A stretch of 63,608 nt of DNA, counting the filler, from Tricharina praecox (Eukaryota), in assembly GCF_024521635.1 (NCBI RefSeq). It is 3 parts of 3 records of this genome, joined end to end, with 100 filler letters (N's around TTAATTAATTAA, not from the genome) between each part and the next. Parts side by side here need not be neighbours in the genome. Positions count along the whole stretch, not along the records: positions 1 to 28,788 come from NW_026250468.1; 2 more parts are not named here. One strand, given 5' to 3'. Positions 1 through 13,179 of the stretch are shown in pieces (the stretch's first letter is position 1; each line of letters starts with the position of its first letter). The notes under the pieces are model-generated. The model did not search any database, was not told the origin of the DNA, and saw nothing but the letters and a program-made list of their open reading frames with translations. The translations under genes and the position numbers were made by a program.

Positions 1-1195
1 CCACTCTCTCCCCAGTCCGGCCAGCCAAGTACACAGTTATCATGCAGTGTCACACGCAGCACGATCGTGGACTCAATCAACCCATTCGGCGGGAGATGGG
101 GGGTGGGAGGGGGGGTCAGCCCTGGACTTTGGTGTACCCCGCCAATAGTCTGTCCGCATGTGGCTGGCCGGCCCACTTGCAGTTACATACAGTCCAAGTC
201 CAAGTCTTCCCCCCACCCCCCACCCTCAAGTCGTTCCTGCCTCACTTCACCCGCTCTGCCAATATCGCCACGCCGCCCGGTCTGGGCGGATGGCTTTCTA
301 TCGCTCGCTCTGGACGTCTTTCTCTCGCTCGCTCTGAGCCCACACGCTCGCATAGATACCGTACTTACCGCCCCCTGCACGGCGCGTCAGACGTACGCAC
401 CTAGCGACCTGGTTACCTCAGCCCTGGCGGAGCGCAATGTATTCTCATCTGAGGCTGAGGAGGCGAGATCTGCGGACCGCGTGGAAATCGGAGCATCTCC
501 GTATGCAACCATGAATGAACTAGTTATCTCCGAGCGAAGAAAGAAACGCTCGTGCGATTGCGGGGAAAAAACGCTGTTTCCAAATGGTCGGTAACTGGAT
601 TACTCTACTTACTCAAGTGTGTAGATAGTTGCTTGGCAGGCGGCTGTGGGGGAAAGTGGCGCGGAGTGTAGAGTAGTTAGAGTAGTCGAGTGGGCGGTGC
701 ATGGTTTGCGTTTCGTCGGGACGGCGACGACTCAGGCATTGCAGCCGCGCACGGTGTTTCGGGCCGTTGAGGCCATAACTAACGACAGTACTACTAGCAG
801 ACCACTAGTTCCCGGACATCCCAGAGACTGCGATGTCTCACAATGCTTTTCCTGTAGTATCGGAGACTTGTAGAGTACTTGGTTGCAAGTCATAAGTGGT
901 TTACAAGCCATCCATCATGTCTGGGCAGCTCGTGTTTCGGCACAGAACAGAACAGCATCCTCCTCTCATGCCCGCCCGCGCCGGATCTTCGCAACCGTTG
1001 ACCGTATCGAGCACTGTAGGATCGCTCGCTCGCTCGCTCTGCCCCCCTCCCCTCCTGCCCCGGGATTCTACCTGCTGCGGCTTGACGTCGAGATCTAGAA
1101 CGCTGTGCGGACCCGGGCTGCAATCGGTGCAAGGCGAGTGTGTGTGGGTAGGTAGATACATACCTCATCCATACCTTGGGTACTTTCTTACACAG

Positions 1196-1350
1196 TTGCC
1201 GGTGACGTTGGAGTATACATAGTACCTACCTCTATACATATCGGCGTCTTACATACTTGAGTCTTGGTTACCGGTCACATCACATTGGAGTATACATAGT
1301 ATTCTTACCATAGATATGTAGTTGCCGGCGGTGACATGACATTAGGGTAC
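1196..1350. repeat. Three degenerate tandem copies of a ~60-70 bp unit
   Basis: GTTRCCGG...TSAC...TT(G/A)G recurs at about 1196, 1267 and 1321; TTGGAGTATACATAGTA is exact in the first two copies. Confidence 0.6.
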
Positions 1351-2219
1351 GGAAGCACGACCCGCCTTCAGGCTTCGAGAGAGACGTGAACCGTGAACCG
1401 TGAGCCTCGTCCTTGAGTCTTGACCCGCAACTATATTAAGCAATGAGTGAAGTGAGCCATCACAAGTTGTAACCCAGCCCACCCATCTGGTCCGAGTATT
1501 CGAATCGGCAGCCTTGATACCAAAACGTCAGCCGATGTTTTCCCTCCTCCCTCTCGACGTAAATACACATCATACATACTCTCCAGTGGAGGACGGACTC
1601 CGACTGCAACGCGGCGATGGCATGATAACGCGGACAAGAGGAAGCCCGACGATTCCGAGGACGATGCAATATATTCCCAGCGTTGCACGAGTAAGACGGA
1701 GCAGCGGAGGACGCGCATCTCCAATGCTCATAGTAGGCAGAAGAGCGAGCGAGCGGAGGAACGGACGGACATCAACATGCGTCTACCTACGCTGCCGAAA
1801 CGAAACAAACTCCTCCTCAGACCCCTACAGTGTTCCACCAAACCAAACCAAACCAGACAGAACACAACTGAGATTGCCTCGATCTGGCAGTCAATCGGTC
1901 TACAACAATCGAATGCTTTCCCCAAGGCTCGCTCCCGAGGAGATGCCCTTGACAAGTACCCATGGCTGTGGCCATGTATGATGTCTGCATACATGTTTAT
2001 GCATACCCCACTCCCCCGCCTCCCTACCTCCCCCGCCTCCTCCACCATGAGGATCATCAGATGTCTTCGATTAGTAGAGTACCTAGTAGAGTACATACGT
2101 AGATGCAGCCGGCTTTTTTTTACCGCGGCTATCGTACCGTATTCTGATTGTATTTGATGCATCATGCTTGATGCTCGATATTCCCCAGGCTCCCCTCCCC
2201 AGCCAGGCACCCAGGCCAT

Positions 2220-2260
2220 CCACGATTTTCCACGATTTTCCACGATTTTCCACGATTTTC
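2220..2260. repeat. 10-bp tandem repeat (CCACGATTTT) x4
   Basis: Read directly from the sequence. Confidence 0.9.
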
Positions 2261-2892
2261 TACCGAGATCAGATATCAATATCAATATCAACAACCCACG
2301 CCATTTAACATTAGGCGAAATCTACAATGCTCGAACTTCGACGTCTCCATGCATCGATAGCCATCGATAGCCTGAAGTAGCAGGTAGGTCTGGCCCAGTG
2401 AGTGGAACAGCTCATATCTGGGTGGTAAAGTATCTACGTACATGCATAGTACATATGCAGCACCCCCAAGTATTCCCCAAGCATCCCACAAGCAAGCAAA
2501 TAATCGTCGTCGTCGTCTCGTCGTCTTGTCGTGATGCTGCCGGTGGTGGTGGTGGTGGTGGTGCTGATGCTCCCGTACACACGGAAGCGGTACGCAGTAC
2601 ACAGGACGGTACGCACTGCGTGATCTCCAGTAACGTCACGCATACACCACCGGCACCCGTCGTCACACTTTAATTTTCTTGCGTGCCCACCATACAAATG
2701 CCCGCTTTAGAAGAAGCCCCACACCTCCACACCTCCCCTCACGGTCTCCCGCAGGCCCGCCCCGTCTATCCGTCAATTCGGTGTTCGAGTCACCAACCAA
2801 CAACAGGTAAGTAGTTAGCGTTTCCAAAACCATGCTACCGTTGTTTTTTGGTCTGGTACCGTATGTAGAGGCTGCTCGACAGTCCTTTTTCT

Positions 2893-3138
<246 letters not shown>

Positions 3139-3802
3139 CACTCACTGCACGCACACACGCACGCAGGCCGGCCGTTTACTACATACATAGATAGATCCTG
3201 CCTAACTATCACTATTACTATGATTATCACTATGATATGCAATTCCCGCACGGATGAAGCCACACGGATGAAACCACCACGCAATGCGCATGCATGCATA
3301 TCCCCGAAAAGAAAGAACGAATGTACGAATGTATGTGGTATGTACGTGCAGCGTTCCGGCCGTTTCCGTTGGGTTGGAGGGGCTTGTGGTTGCTGGCGGG
3401 AGTCAGCCTCAGCCTCAGTTCGTTGGGTTTCAACTATGGGGGAAAAATTGCTTGTCCATCGAGGTGGGAATAGAGGTCCGAATCATAGTTTGTGATCAGG
3501 CAGAACAGGAGGAACTGACAGGAGTGCTTCTATTCTTTTCCACTCGCACCATCAGCTGTGCCCCCCGCTCTCCCCGTCTTTCAAAATACTGCTCAAAGAG
3601 TCGAGAAGCCCTTCTTCGAGTATTTCTGTCTCACTCCCGTTGCGCAGGTGTGACCACAACGTTAACACCTCGCGTCACCGAAGTCCGGGCTGTCCAGGCT
3701 GTCCAGCCCTCCCGCCTTCCAAAAAAATACTTCCACTCACTGGTGAGTGGTGAGTGGAAGCTTCCATCGTCTTCTCTGGTCACAGAGACAGACAAGACAA
3801 GA

Positions 3803-3922
3803 CACACACCCGCCCACACACACACAGAGAGAGAGAGAGACAGAGACTGACACACACAGAGACTGACACACACAGAGACTGACACACACAGAGACTGACA
3901 CACACAGAGACTGACACACACA
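3803..3922. repeat. (CA)n/(GA)n microsatellite followed by 16-bp unit CAGAGACTGACACACA x5
   Basis: Read directly; the 16-mer array spans 3841-3922. Confidence 0.9.
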
Positions 3923-6573
3923 GCTCGTCTAAATACCTCCCATCAACACCCTCGACACCCTCTTTGTTCCCCCATCTTGCCGAGACACATCGTCACCATC
4001 ATCTCCGGCCTCGTATCTCGCATCTCGTATCGTACGTATCCGGAACAGGTTGGACATTCGGATTGGACCGCGCACGCCACTTACATAGATGATAGTTACT
4101 TGGAACCGCCCGCCTCCCCGAGTGGAGTAGCCAGATAGTACTCCAGTGGCCAGATAGTAGACATAACCCGCGAAGGAATACGAGAGATACGAGATGGGAG
4201 AACAAAGAGAAACGAAAGCAAAGCAAAGCAAAGAACAGGAAATAAAACGGGAGGAGAATGGAGGGGTACTTACTTGGTATCATACAGAAAAGGTGAGCGA
4301 ATGCAGAAATGGAAGGAAAGGGAAGGGAAAGGGAAGGGAAATGCACTTCTCTTCTGCCTGTGAAGATCTACCCAGACTCTAACCAGACCCATCTCTCTCT
4401 CCCTCTCGCCCAGACAGCAGACAGCAAGGGCATTGGGCATTGCCCATTGTCCACAGTTATGCCCGCTACTTGTCTTGTCTTGTCTCGAATACGGTGGTAT
4501 ATTTTCTCAACAATCAACATCGTCAGCGCGGGGGGCATACAGACTACAGCCACTGAAACGAAACCGACCTCGCCACTCCTCAAAATCGCAGTCACAACCG
4601 ATGATTCGTCCTCTCGCTCGCTTGGAACTTACAGCCAACTGCGTGCGAGGTGCGAGGTGGACCGTCGTTTTCGTGCGTGGGAACACCACACGATGTCTGA
4701 GTCGATGCCTGAGTCTTATCTAAGACACAGATTCTGAGACAGATGTGTTCGCATGTTCTCATGGCAGGTACGACATATCACCAGTGGCAATTGCTAGTCG
4801 TACCTCATCCGAAGTTTCTGGGTAACCTTTTCCCGCAAATTCTAAAAAAAAAAAGTAGAATGGCGAATGTTCAGTGTCCAGTGTCCAGTGTCCGAACTTG
4901 GCAGGATAGCCGAGGGGATTCAGAAGAGAGGGAGAGGGAGAGATAACGGCCCGTTGCCCACCATTGCCACCCCCCCGCCTCTCCCCGCCTCTCAACGAGC
5001 CAACGTCAGCTCTGTAGCTCGACAAAGTTACAAAGTTACGAAGTTACGAAGGTTACAAACTGCGCATGTTTCATAACCAAGCATCCACATAGCAATCTTT
5101 CCACTCGCTTGCTTGTACATCCTCCGGCCCCACCTCCCCCCACTTCACCCCCACCACAAAGCGGGTGCACCGTGCACAAAGCTCGTAGAATATCTCCGCT
5201 TCGGAAAGCTCGGACGACGGACGACGGACGACGACACGTTGCCCTGGGGCCTGGCGGGGTGTCACCACTAGCGAACGCAACCACCGGCCTGATCGCTCCA
5301 AGTGCCGGAGATGAATGGGGGTATGTGGGTATTTATGGAGGTATGTATGGAGCTGCGGGAACGAAGGCTGTGGAAGCCGATGCTTGTGCTGATTCTGATG
5401 CATGGATGATGGATCTTAGATGTGAATCAGTGGTGCACTGTGTAGTTCGATTCGATTCGGGATCGCCGACGTGCGGTGTTGCGTTGCTGATCATAGAAGC
5501 TCACTCGATAGTTGGCGTTGATCCAGAAAAGTGGACTGTCAGGTTCTAGGAAAGGTTCGCTGATTGGGATGTCCCCGGCCATGGCTGAAAAGTATTGGGC
5601 CTGTGTAGAAAAGCGAACAGTGTATAAGTAGCGTTCGAATCTAGAAAAAAAATATCTGCGCTGCCTGGTGCCCGACGCTCGTGATATGGCTTTCTTCCTT
5701 CAGGTTATGTACCCAGTTTCAAGCTCTAAGCACTCATCTCGCCCAGCAGCCATCCACCTGGAACGGTTACTAAGATCCATCGCATTTCCACCAACCTTTT
5801 GCAACCTCCGAAAAAAACCGACCTCCTCGAACCATCACCATCACCGGCGGTCAGTATGTACACGTTACACCCACCCAACCAACCATGCCGGGCACGGGCA
5901 CGGGCTACTTAGTAGTAGTAACCAGTATGTGCCCCCAAGTGGCGTGACATCGCCGGTCCCAGCGATCCGTTCATCTTCGCCCGTATTTAAAGCTGGGCGT
6001 GATCGCATCCGGCGTCTCTCCTGAACTTGGCTCGCCACCAACAAAAAAAAAGAAACGGTTGAGGTAGGTAGGACGAGTAACACAGGTTCTCACTCGCTCC
6101 GGTAGGTACATAGAACGAAACAATGGCGGTTGATTAGATTTTGCACGTAGGCAGCGATGCCATATCGTGCTGACCGGTAGCGGGGTCTTTAACCCGGCCG
6201 GCCAGGGTCGGCAGGAAATGATTGTGACGGTTCGCCATAGTCTAGATAGGCTGCATGCAAAATAACTTGAAGATCTCTCTCTCTTGAATTTTACACGTCA
6301 ATGTCAAAGTTCAAGTCTATTCCGGTACCACTAATTCTTAGAAGTTAGCATTCTTCTTTGTCCTTGAAACTTACAAGTTTCGCAACGTCCCCGTACATAC
6401 GGCGTACATACCGCGTAAGCAGCCTTTGTGGCTTGAAGATTCTCAGCATGCGGTGTCCCTGGAATCTCAACCAGATGCAGCCTCTTCAGCCCTGGGCCGT
6501 CAGCCAAGCCCAGCCGAGTCCGGCATTATCTATCGTATTTGGCATTCTAGCATTAACTCAGCTCTGTCTGAAA

Positions 6574-6715
6574 CTTCATCACTTTGTCCCTTCATCACTT
6601 TGTCCCTTCATCACTTTGTCCCTTCATCACTTTGTCCCTTCATCACTTTGTCCCTTCATCACTTTGTCCCTTCATTACTTTGTCCCTTCATCACTTTGTC
6701 CCTTCATTACTTTGT
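6574..6715. repeat. 16-bp minisatellite CTTCATCACTTTGTCC, ~9 copies
   Basis: Head-to-tail units with no spacers; two units carry a C>T variant (CTTCATTACT). Confidence 0.95.
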
Positions 6716-8336
6716 TTACCTACATACCTTCACGAGCTCGTCGTTTTTTCCCATCTATTTACAGTCGCTTTTTACCAATCTTTCTTATTCACCTCATTAA
6801 TCAATCAAGTCAAAACAAAGTTTCAATACAATCCCGAAACCAGGTGATCACCCGCGTACTGACAGAGTACTTGAGTACATACGTCGTCTGGAAATGGCGG
6901 ATCCGCCGACTCGCCCATGTAGGCGAGGAACGCAAGGAACGCGCTCACACGCACGCTCGCACACACGCAAGCCGCCAGAGCCGAATGCCAGTAGTAGTCG
7001 TAGTCGTAGTTACCGCCTTACAGGCCACCTGACTTCCGATGATCCGATCCGCAGCCACATCCTACATTCCGTACCCTACCTCGTCGGCGCCGGGACTCGG
7101 GAGTGGGATTCGTGAACGTCATCATCGTCCCGGGATTCGGGGCGCCAGATGCTCGAGAGACAATGGTGCATGTCACTCACAGAGTCACAGCGCGCACTCG
7201 GCCGCTGGGTATGCAAAAAAAAAAAAAAAAAAAAAAAATAAGAACCGAAAAAACAACCGTAAGCGGTCGTCCAGACGAGCACGAGCACGAGCACGATGCC
7301 CGAGATATGTTGTGTTGTGTCGTTGCCGGCACCGGGTCTCGAGCTCCCGGGGATCACATGCGGCTACATACGGCTACGGCTTTCCCGCCGGAGTTTGCAC
7401 GGATACCGTACTCTATCTACCGTATTCACCCCTGCCGTAGGATCAACATTCAACATCCCCGACCGGGACGGACACGTACCGTACCGTCTTGGTTTTTGGT
7501 ACCTGGTACATATCATATGTTGAGTGAGATTGGCAGTGCCAACGCCTTGGTCTTGGACTCTGGAAAGTAGATTTGCATGGATGATACCGGTACTGCATTG
7601 CTGGGGGGTACGTACGGTACTTTAGAGCACCCGCATCGGTAGCGCAGACAGACATGTACCGGTATATAGAGTACTCGTACATACACAGATTGACTCGAGA
7701 TTCGAGATTGGTGATGTGGGAGTCCGCAGTTCGCTTTCAGTTCTCTCATGCCTACGAGTCTGCGACCAGAGGCTGAAGTTGTTGGACACAAGCAATTGCT
7801 TACTCCGACCGACCGAGAGAATGCGCGTTAGGCAACTGTCACTGGAAAGTTGTAACTAGCTGTCCAGTGTATGTACGGTACATAGAAGATCCACCGTAGC
7901 GAACGAGATGTTCTGTCTCAAGGTGCACAACTGCTAGTACTTTATGTACTCTAGATCGACGCATCACCACCATCACTCACATCGCCATCAGTTCCATCGA
8001 CCGAACAGTCATTTTCCCCCGCGGCCCCTTCGCCGTACCTAGTTTAAGTAGATAGGCTGCATACGAAATAAACTGAAGATCTCTCTCTATCTCTATCTCT
8101 CTCTCTTTCCCACGGCCCCACTCCCGCTCCAACGATCGCGATCCACCATCCCAGCCATATCTATGACCAATTACAATCACGCTTCCCCCACGGAAATCCC
8201 AATCGTGACCAGGCTCGCAAGCACGTTGACAGTCTGACGGTCAAGGCCACTCCCAACCCCCGGCACTACCACTCCCGTGCGCAGTAATCTGCGTATGCCG
8301 TCCGTTCCGGCGGAGCTCACCCCGACGTACTAAGGA

Positions 8337-8488
8337 AGCCTAATCCATCTTTCGGAAAGGAGAGATGTTGATAGAGAAACTTGAAGCGGTGTGGTTTTCG
8401 GGAGGTTGAAGCTAGGTAAACCTAATCCTTTGGAAAGGAGAGATTTTGATAGAGAAAGTTGAAGCGGTGTGGTTTTCCGGAGGTAGGT
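8337..8488. repeat. ~80-bp imperfect tandem duplication
   Basis: CCTAATCC...GGAAAGGAGAGAT.TTGATAGAGAAA.TTGAAGCGGTGTGGTTTTC.GGAGGT occurs twice. Confidence 0.85.
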
Positions 8489-8842
8489 GGGCAAACGTAA
8501 TAGCAGTTCGTGAGACGCTGTGGCGTCGTCCGCCGTTCGTCGTGCTTGGTTTATACCGGCGTAAAGAGCTTGGAGTCCCTGGACGTTGCGAATTGTGCGA
8601 AGAGCTTCAACTATACATTCAGTAATTTATACGCCGTGGACTAGACCACGCGATTGATAGACACAGTCGTCTTGCTCGCATATAGAAAGTTAGATCAAGT
8701 GAAGAAAGCGCAAACATAAAAGATATCCGCTCTTCCCGCCTAACGCTACGCTCCTCGATAACGCCATTTTACACTCGCCCCCTCGACAACGCCACTTTAT
8801 ACTCCCCACCTCACCGCCACCATCCGATCCCGACGACGACGA

Positions 8843-10114
8843 CTACAACTCCTTCTTGAGCGAATGCTCAGGGGCATGGATCCACTCGTAATCGACGTGA
8901 ACATAGGCCCTCTCGACATCCGGCAGTCCCTCCAGCTTGATCTGCAAGCTCTCGGCAATGTCGTGGGTATCCTTTAGCGACATGGTCTCGGGCAGGACGA
9001 TGTCGACCTCGACGATGATCCTGGGGCCCGCATGGTACGCGCGGACGGTGTCGATGTGCGTGATCCTCTCGTCGTGCGTCATCGAGACATACGTAATCAA
9101 TCCTCGCAGCTCCTGGGGCGCAGCAACGCCGATCAGGAGCAGTGACTCGTGGTACACCGTCTTCGACCATGCTCCGAGGATGACGAGGCCGATGACAATG
9201 GCGCCGAAGGAGTCGACCCACCAGGCCAATTTGCTGCCGGCAATGGAGGTGAGAAGCCCGAAGGAGTTGACGGGAAGGTCGTTGCGGTGGTCCTTCCACA
9301 GGATCATCACCTGCGAGTACTTATGTCTCAGGGAGTAGCAATAGAAAAACAGCACGAGCTTTGTTGCCAGCGCGACTCCGACTGCGATGACGGATGGAAG
9401 ACTGAACGACTTTGTCTCGCCGTGATCCGCCTTCGCGAGATCGCTAGCGCTAACAACGATGAGGATCAAGGATACGGCGATCATGAGGAAAGCGAAGGCG
9501 ATGTTCCCAGCAGTCTCAAGTCTCGCCTTGCCCGACGGGAAGCGGGAGGAGTCGACGCGGTTGACGGCGCGGTGAGAAAGTATCAACATCACGTTCGAGA
9601 GAGGATCGAAAATGGAGTCGGCCGCAGCTATGACATTGTCAGTGCATGTCACTACTCCTCACTCCTCCACACTCTGGGACGTACTGGCAAACAAGGACAA
9701 AGATCCAGACGAGATGGCTGCGTAGAGCTGCAAAACAGCAAGGACCAGATTCGCCGCCAAGGATCCATGAACGGCGATTAAAAATCTGAGCCGCGTGTCG
9801 TCGGCCGAATCCTTCGCCTCGCGTCGGTGCTCGTCGACGCTCTTGAGCATCCGCTGGATGTGCGCATTCTGGCTCTCGTAGAAGGATTGTAGGCCCTTAA
9901 CGTCGCGTTTCTCGGTGGATGAGCGACGCCGCGCAGAAAACGGGATGCGTGAGTGCGGCTTGGTAGCAGACGTCGGTGAGGTGGCCAACTCGGCGATTTC
10001 GGCGGGAGATTTGAGGGCCAGGGATAGACGGAGTGGGTCAGGCCTGTGAGCGCGAGGGGATAACTCGATATCATGTTGCTCGAGTACCGTCGTTGTCATA
10101 CTAGATGTCGCCAT
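8843..10114 (-). CDS. Cation diffusion facilitator (Mn-CDF/MTP-like) transporter, ~404 aa; exons 10114-9685, 9627-8843
   Basis: 57-nt intron GTACGT...CTGAC...TAG joins the two ORFs into SLSLFATAADSIFDPLS. Also RFPSGKARLE, DHRND, and the C-terminal dimerisation domain (VRAYHAG...VEVDIV...ERAYVHVDYE). Confidence 0.93.
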
Positions 10115-10640
10115 TTTGATTTGAAGTATGATGGATGTGCGATGTAAAGAAGGAAGGGAAGAGGAGGGAAGAAATAGAAAAAGTGAGGGCAGCCATGATG
10201 TCCCCCCAACTTGAAGTAGGCTTCGTTGCTAGGGTCGTATGGGGCTAAAAATATGCAGAACAAGCATCGGCAGCAGGGTGTTAGCACACGGAAGCCCTAC
10301 CGAAATGCAGGTTGACGCAAGCCCACTTGACTTGCAATTTAGTAAGCGAATCAGACACGAGTGAGCTACAATGATCATCATTGAATTGTCGATCCCCTCG
10401 GATGAATTCACAACTCCGCAATATACAAATTTGTCAAACATGTTATCGAAAGAAGTAAAAAGTAGAAAGTATTGACAAATGGGTATGCTGTCGGAGAAAC
10501 ATTGCGTGCTTATTAGCACAGAGAAAGAACTGGGGAATTCGTTCGAGGGGAAGAAAAAGGCAGAAAATCTTGCAGAAGCAGTGAGTTGAACGGGAAACAT
10601 TTGACAAATCTCGAAATCACACGCAAATCACATCGGCAGG

Positions 10641-12704
10641 CTACTCGTCTCTGGCGTTGCTGTTGATGTTGAAGTCTGTGGAGGCGTCGGAGTCGGCTTC
10701 TGCCGCGGTCTCAGCCACAGTGTCGTTCTGGATCTGCATACCAGTCGCCATCCTGGAAAGGACATTATTAATGGCCCTTCTGATCAGCACACTCAGCGGC
10801 TCGTTCTGGCCTCCTTCAGGACCAGGATGGGCAACCGTAGTATCGTTGTTAGTGACCGAGTAGCATGCTCCAGAAACCCAATCCGGAGTCGGGGCGGAAT
10901 CTTGAAGAGGGTACATCCCAGTCTGCTGATAGTACATCTGTTCGGCTTGGTCCCTGTGACCCTTCCATCCGGCATAAACTGGATCACGAAGGCAGTACTC
11001 GAACCATCCCAGCAGATACTGGTCGTTCTGGAGGACAGTGCGAACCAGATCCGCGAACATATAGGTAGGAACCCTAAAACCGTCAGTTATTGTCCGCAGG
11101 GAAGCAGAATTGGGTAGACTGCTCACTTGTTGTGCCACCAGCCATCCATAACTCCCGTGATGGTTCTTCTAGCCGAACCACCGTGCCTCTGCTCTACGAC
11201 AGTGAGCCATTCCAAACCGTAGCCCGGCTGCACGTTTTCTGGCACTGTATAGCTTCCGGGCTCCTGTGAGGCTTGGTGGGAGCCGTTCTGTTTGGCTGTG
11301 GCTTTGAAGCCAGGTTGGACGCTCTGGTGGTGGTTAGCATCGGTCACATCATCCCCGTTGGTGACTCTGCTCACGGTGGGGTCACTCGTGCGGGCGCTGC
11401 GGTCATCCCCGGCATTGTCGATCATCGTGTCATTGTCGATCATCGCGGCAAGCTCATCGGCTACTCTGAGGTGTGAGCTATTAATAGGGAATTGAACGAA
11501 GAGCTGCTTACCTGAGGAGGCCTGTGATGAGGGAGGACTATGCAGAGTGACTCTATTGCCAACTCCAGCAAAGGATTCGGGTTTATCTGGGGGTAGTTAG
11601 CTACCAACAAGAGCCCGACAAAGAGACAGCCGAAATACCCATCAGTCCGTCGTGGAAGTGACCAATCATGATGTTATCAGATCCGTCCCGAGAGTCGTTG
11701 ATGGTACCAAAGCTATCAGGAGAACCAGGCTCGCCGTTGTAGTTTTCACGCTCGTGCTGATGACCAATGTACTCGGTGGCTTCCAATACAGGAGAAGCAG
11801 GCGGGGATTCGGTGTCGGAGCCAACGGGAGTCTCGATGGGAGACAGAGGGGAGTCTCGCAAGAAAACAGAAGGATCGACGGTGCATTTCCCGCCGCATGT
11901 ACTGCAGTTCGCTGGAAGAGGACCGTTAGGTGCGTCACCGTGGTCTGGCGGGTCAGCGTAGTAACCGAGTAGAGGAGAAGCCGTGTCATTGTTGACGGTT
12001 GCACCGCTGTCAGTGGCTCCATCCGCTTCCAGCTCGTCCAGGTTGTGAGAGAAAAGAGACGGCAACCTGGACGAAGAGCAAACTGACATCATATCGCCGT
12101 GGTCATTATCTTCGTTGCGGTTGTCTGACACTGGATCGCGAGTTGAGGTAGAGAGGATAGAAACCTCGTCCTCAATTCCATACTCACTCCCAGTAGTTGA
12201 CAATGGGCTGTCCGACCTGATCGACATGCTGGTTTCGACATCGTCCGCATTGGCATCTTCCAGCACTTTGCCTACTTTCTGCAACGAAATGTGCTCCCAC
12301 TGGCTCATCGCAGCCGAGAGAGGGCTATTAGGCGTATCATCTTCTTTGTGGTCCCCTCCAAGTACAACCGCGGGAAGGGCTGGAACACCAGTATCAGAAA
12401 TTCTTGTGGTAGTACCAGCCGCCGCATTAGTAGAGTTCGCCCCAGTTCCTTCCTTGGCTCCCTCCGAGCTCACTTCTCCTCCACTATTCACTGCTGGCTC
12501 ATCTCCAAGAGTCTTGTATGGCCTGCGTGGCTTGCGTGGCTTGCGTGCGGAGGGGTTTTCGGGACAAGCCTGATATGAGCGACCGGAGCGAGTACTTCGT
12601 GTTCCTAAATTGAAGTCGGTGATCATCTCATGCGGCGTATCCCTCATGTCAATCCCAAAGTCGAGAGTCTGGAACAAGTCCTGCTTGGGATTGGTGCGCC
12701 CCAT
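10641..12704 (-). CDS. Uncharacterised protein, ~635 aa; exons 12704-11639, 11586-11512, 11460-11127, 11073-10641
   Basis: Three 51-53 nt GT-AG introns with branch points (CTAAC, CTCAC, CTGAC) join three track ORFs plus a 75-nt exon in phase; total 1908 nt. Mostly acidic and Ser-rich, with a predicted folded C-terminal patch. Start codon uncertain. Confidence 0.75.
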
Positions 12705-12742
12705 TGACCGGAATTTGGGGGGTTATTCGGGGGTTGTAGTGG

Positions 12743-12810
12743 TTTGGGTGGTGGTTGTGGTGGTGGTTGTGGTGGTGGTTGTGGTGGTGGTTGTGGTGGT
12801 GGTTGTGGTG
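12743..12810. repeat. (GGTTGTGGTGGT)n microsatellite
   Basis: Read directly; lies upstream of the 12704 ATG on the minus strand. Confidence 0.85.
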
Positions 12811-13179
12811 GGGGATTATTGTTGTGATGGAGGTGAAGAGATGTTGAAGTAGTTGTTGTCGCAGAGGTCGTTGGAGTCAACGAAGTGTGTTCCGATAACA
12901 CACTTCGATGTTCTCCTATACACCAGCACTCACATATTCACTATTGCCTCTGACAAAACAGCGGATTAGTCTAACATTCAATCTTCAATTTTCCTCGACC
13001 TAGTAGGCATGTGTGAGTAGTGGTGCATCCGCTTGGTTTCTCTACTCACTCTTCACGATGCCAAACACCAAACGATGATATAACAGTTAACGGTCTTTTC
13101 ATGCTTCATCTACTGTGCTATGGTATCCCACATCAACGCAAACCACCATCCAATAAATCCACCACCCTTCTCATACACA

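Noticed and set aside
5633..5641. GTTCGAATC B-box suggesting a tRNA
   Set aside because: No acceptor stem, D-arm or A-box could be built around it.
6123..6238. Possible structured RNA (ATGGCG...CGCCAT ends, SRP-like CAGG)
   Set aside because: No GNRA/AGCAG helix-8 signature or poly-T terminator; an Rfam search would settle it.
6574..6715. CRISPR-like array or repeat-protein ORFs (6358-7032 and overlaps)
   Set aside because: No spacers, eukaryotic context, and the ORFs are a by-product of a stop-free 16-mer.
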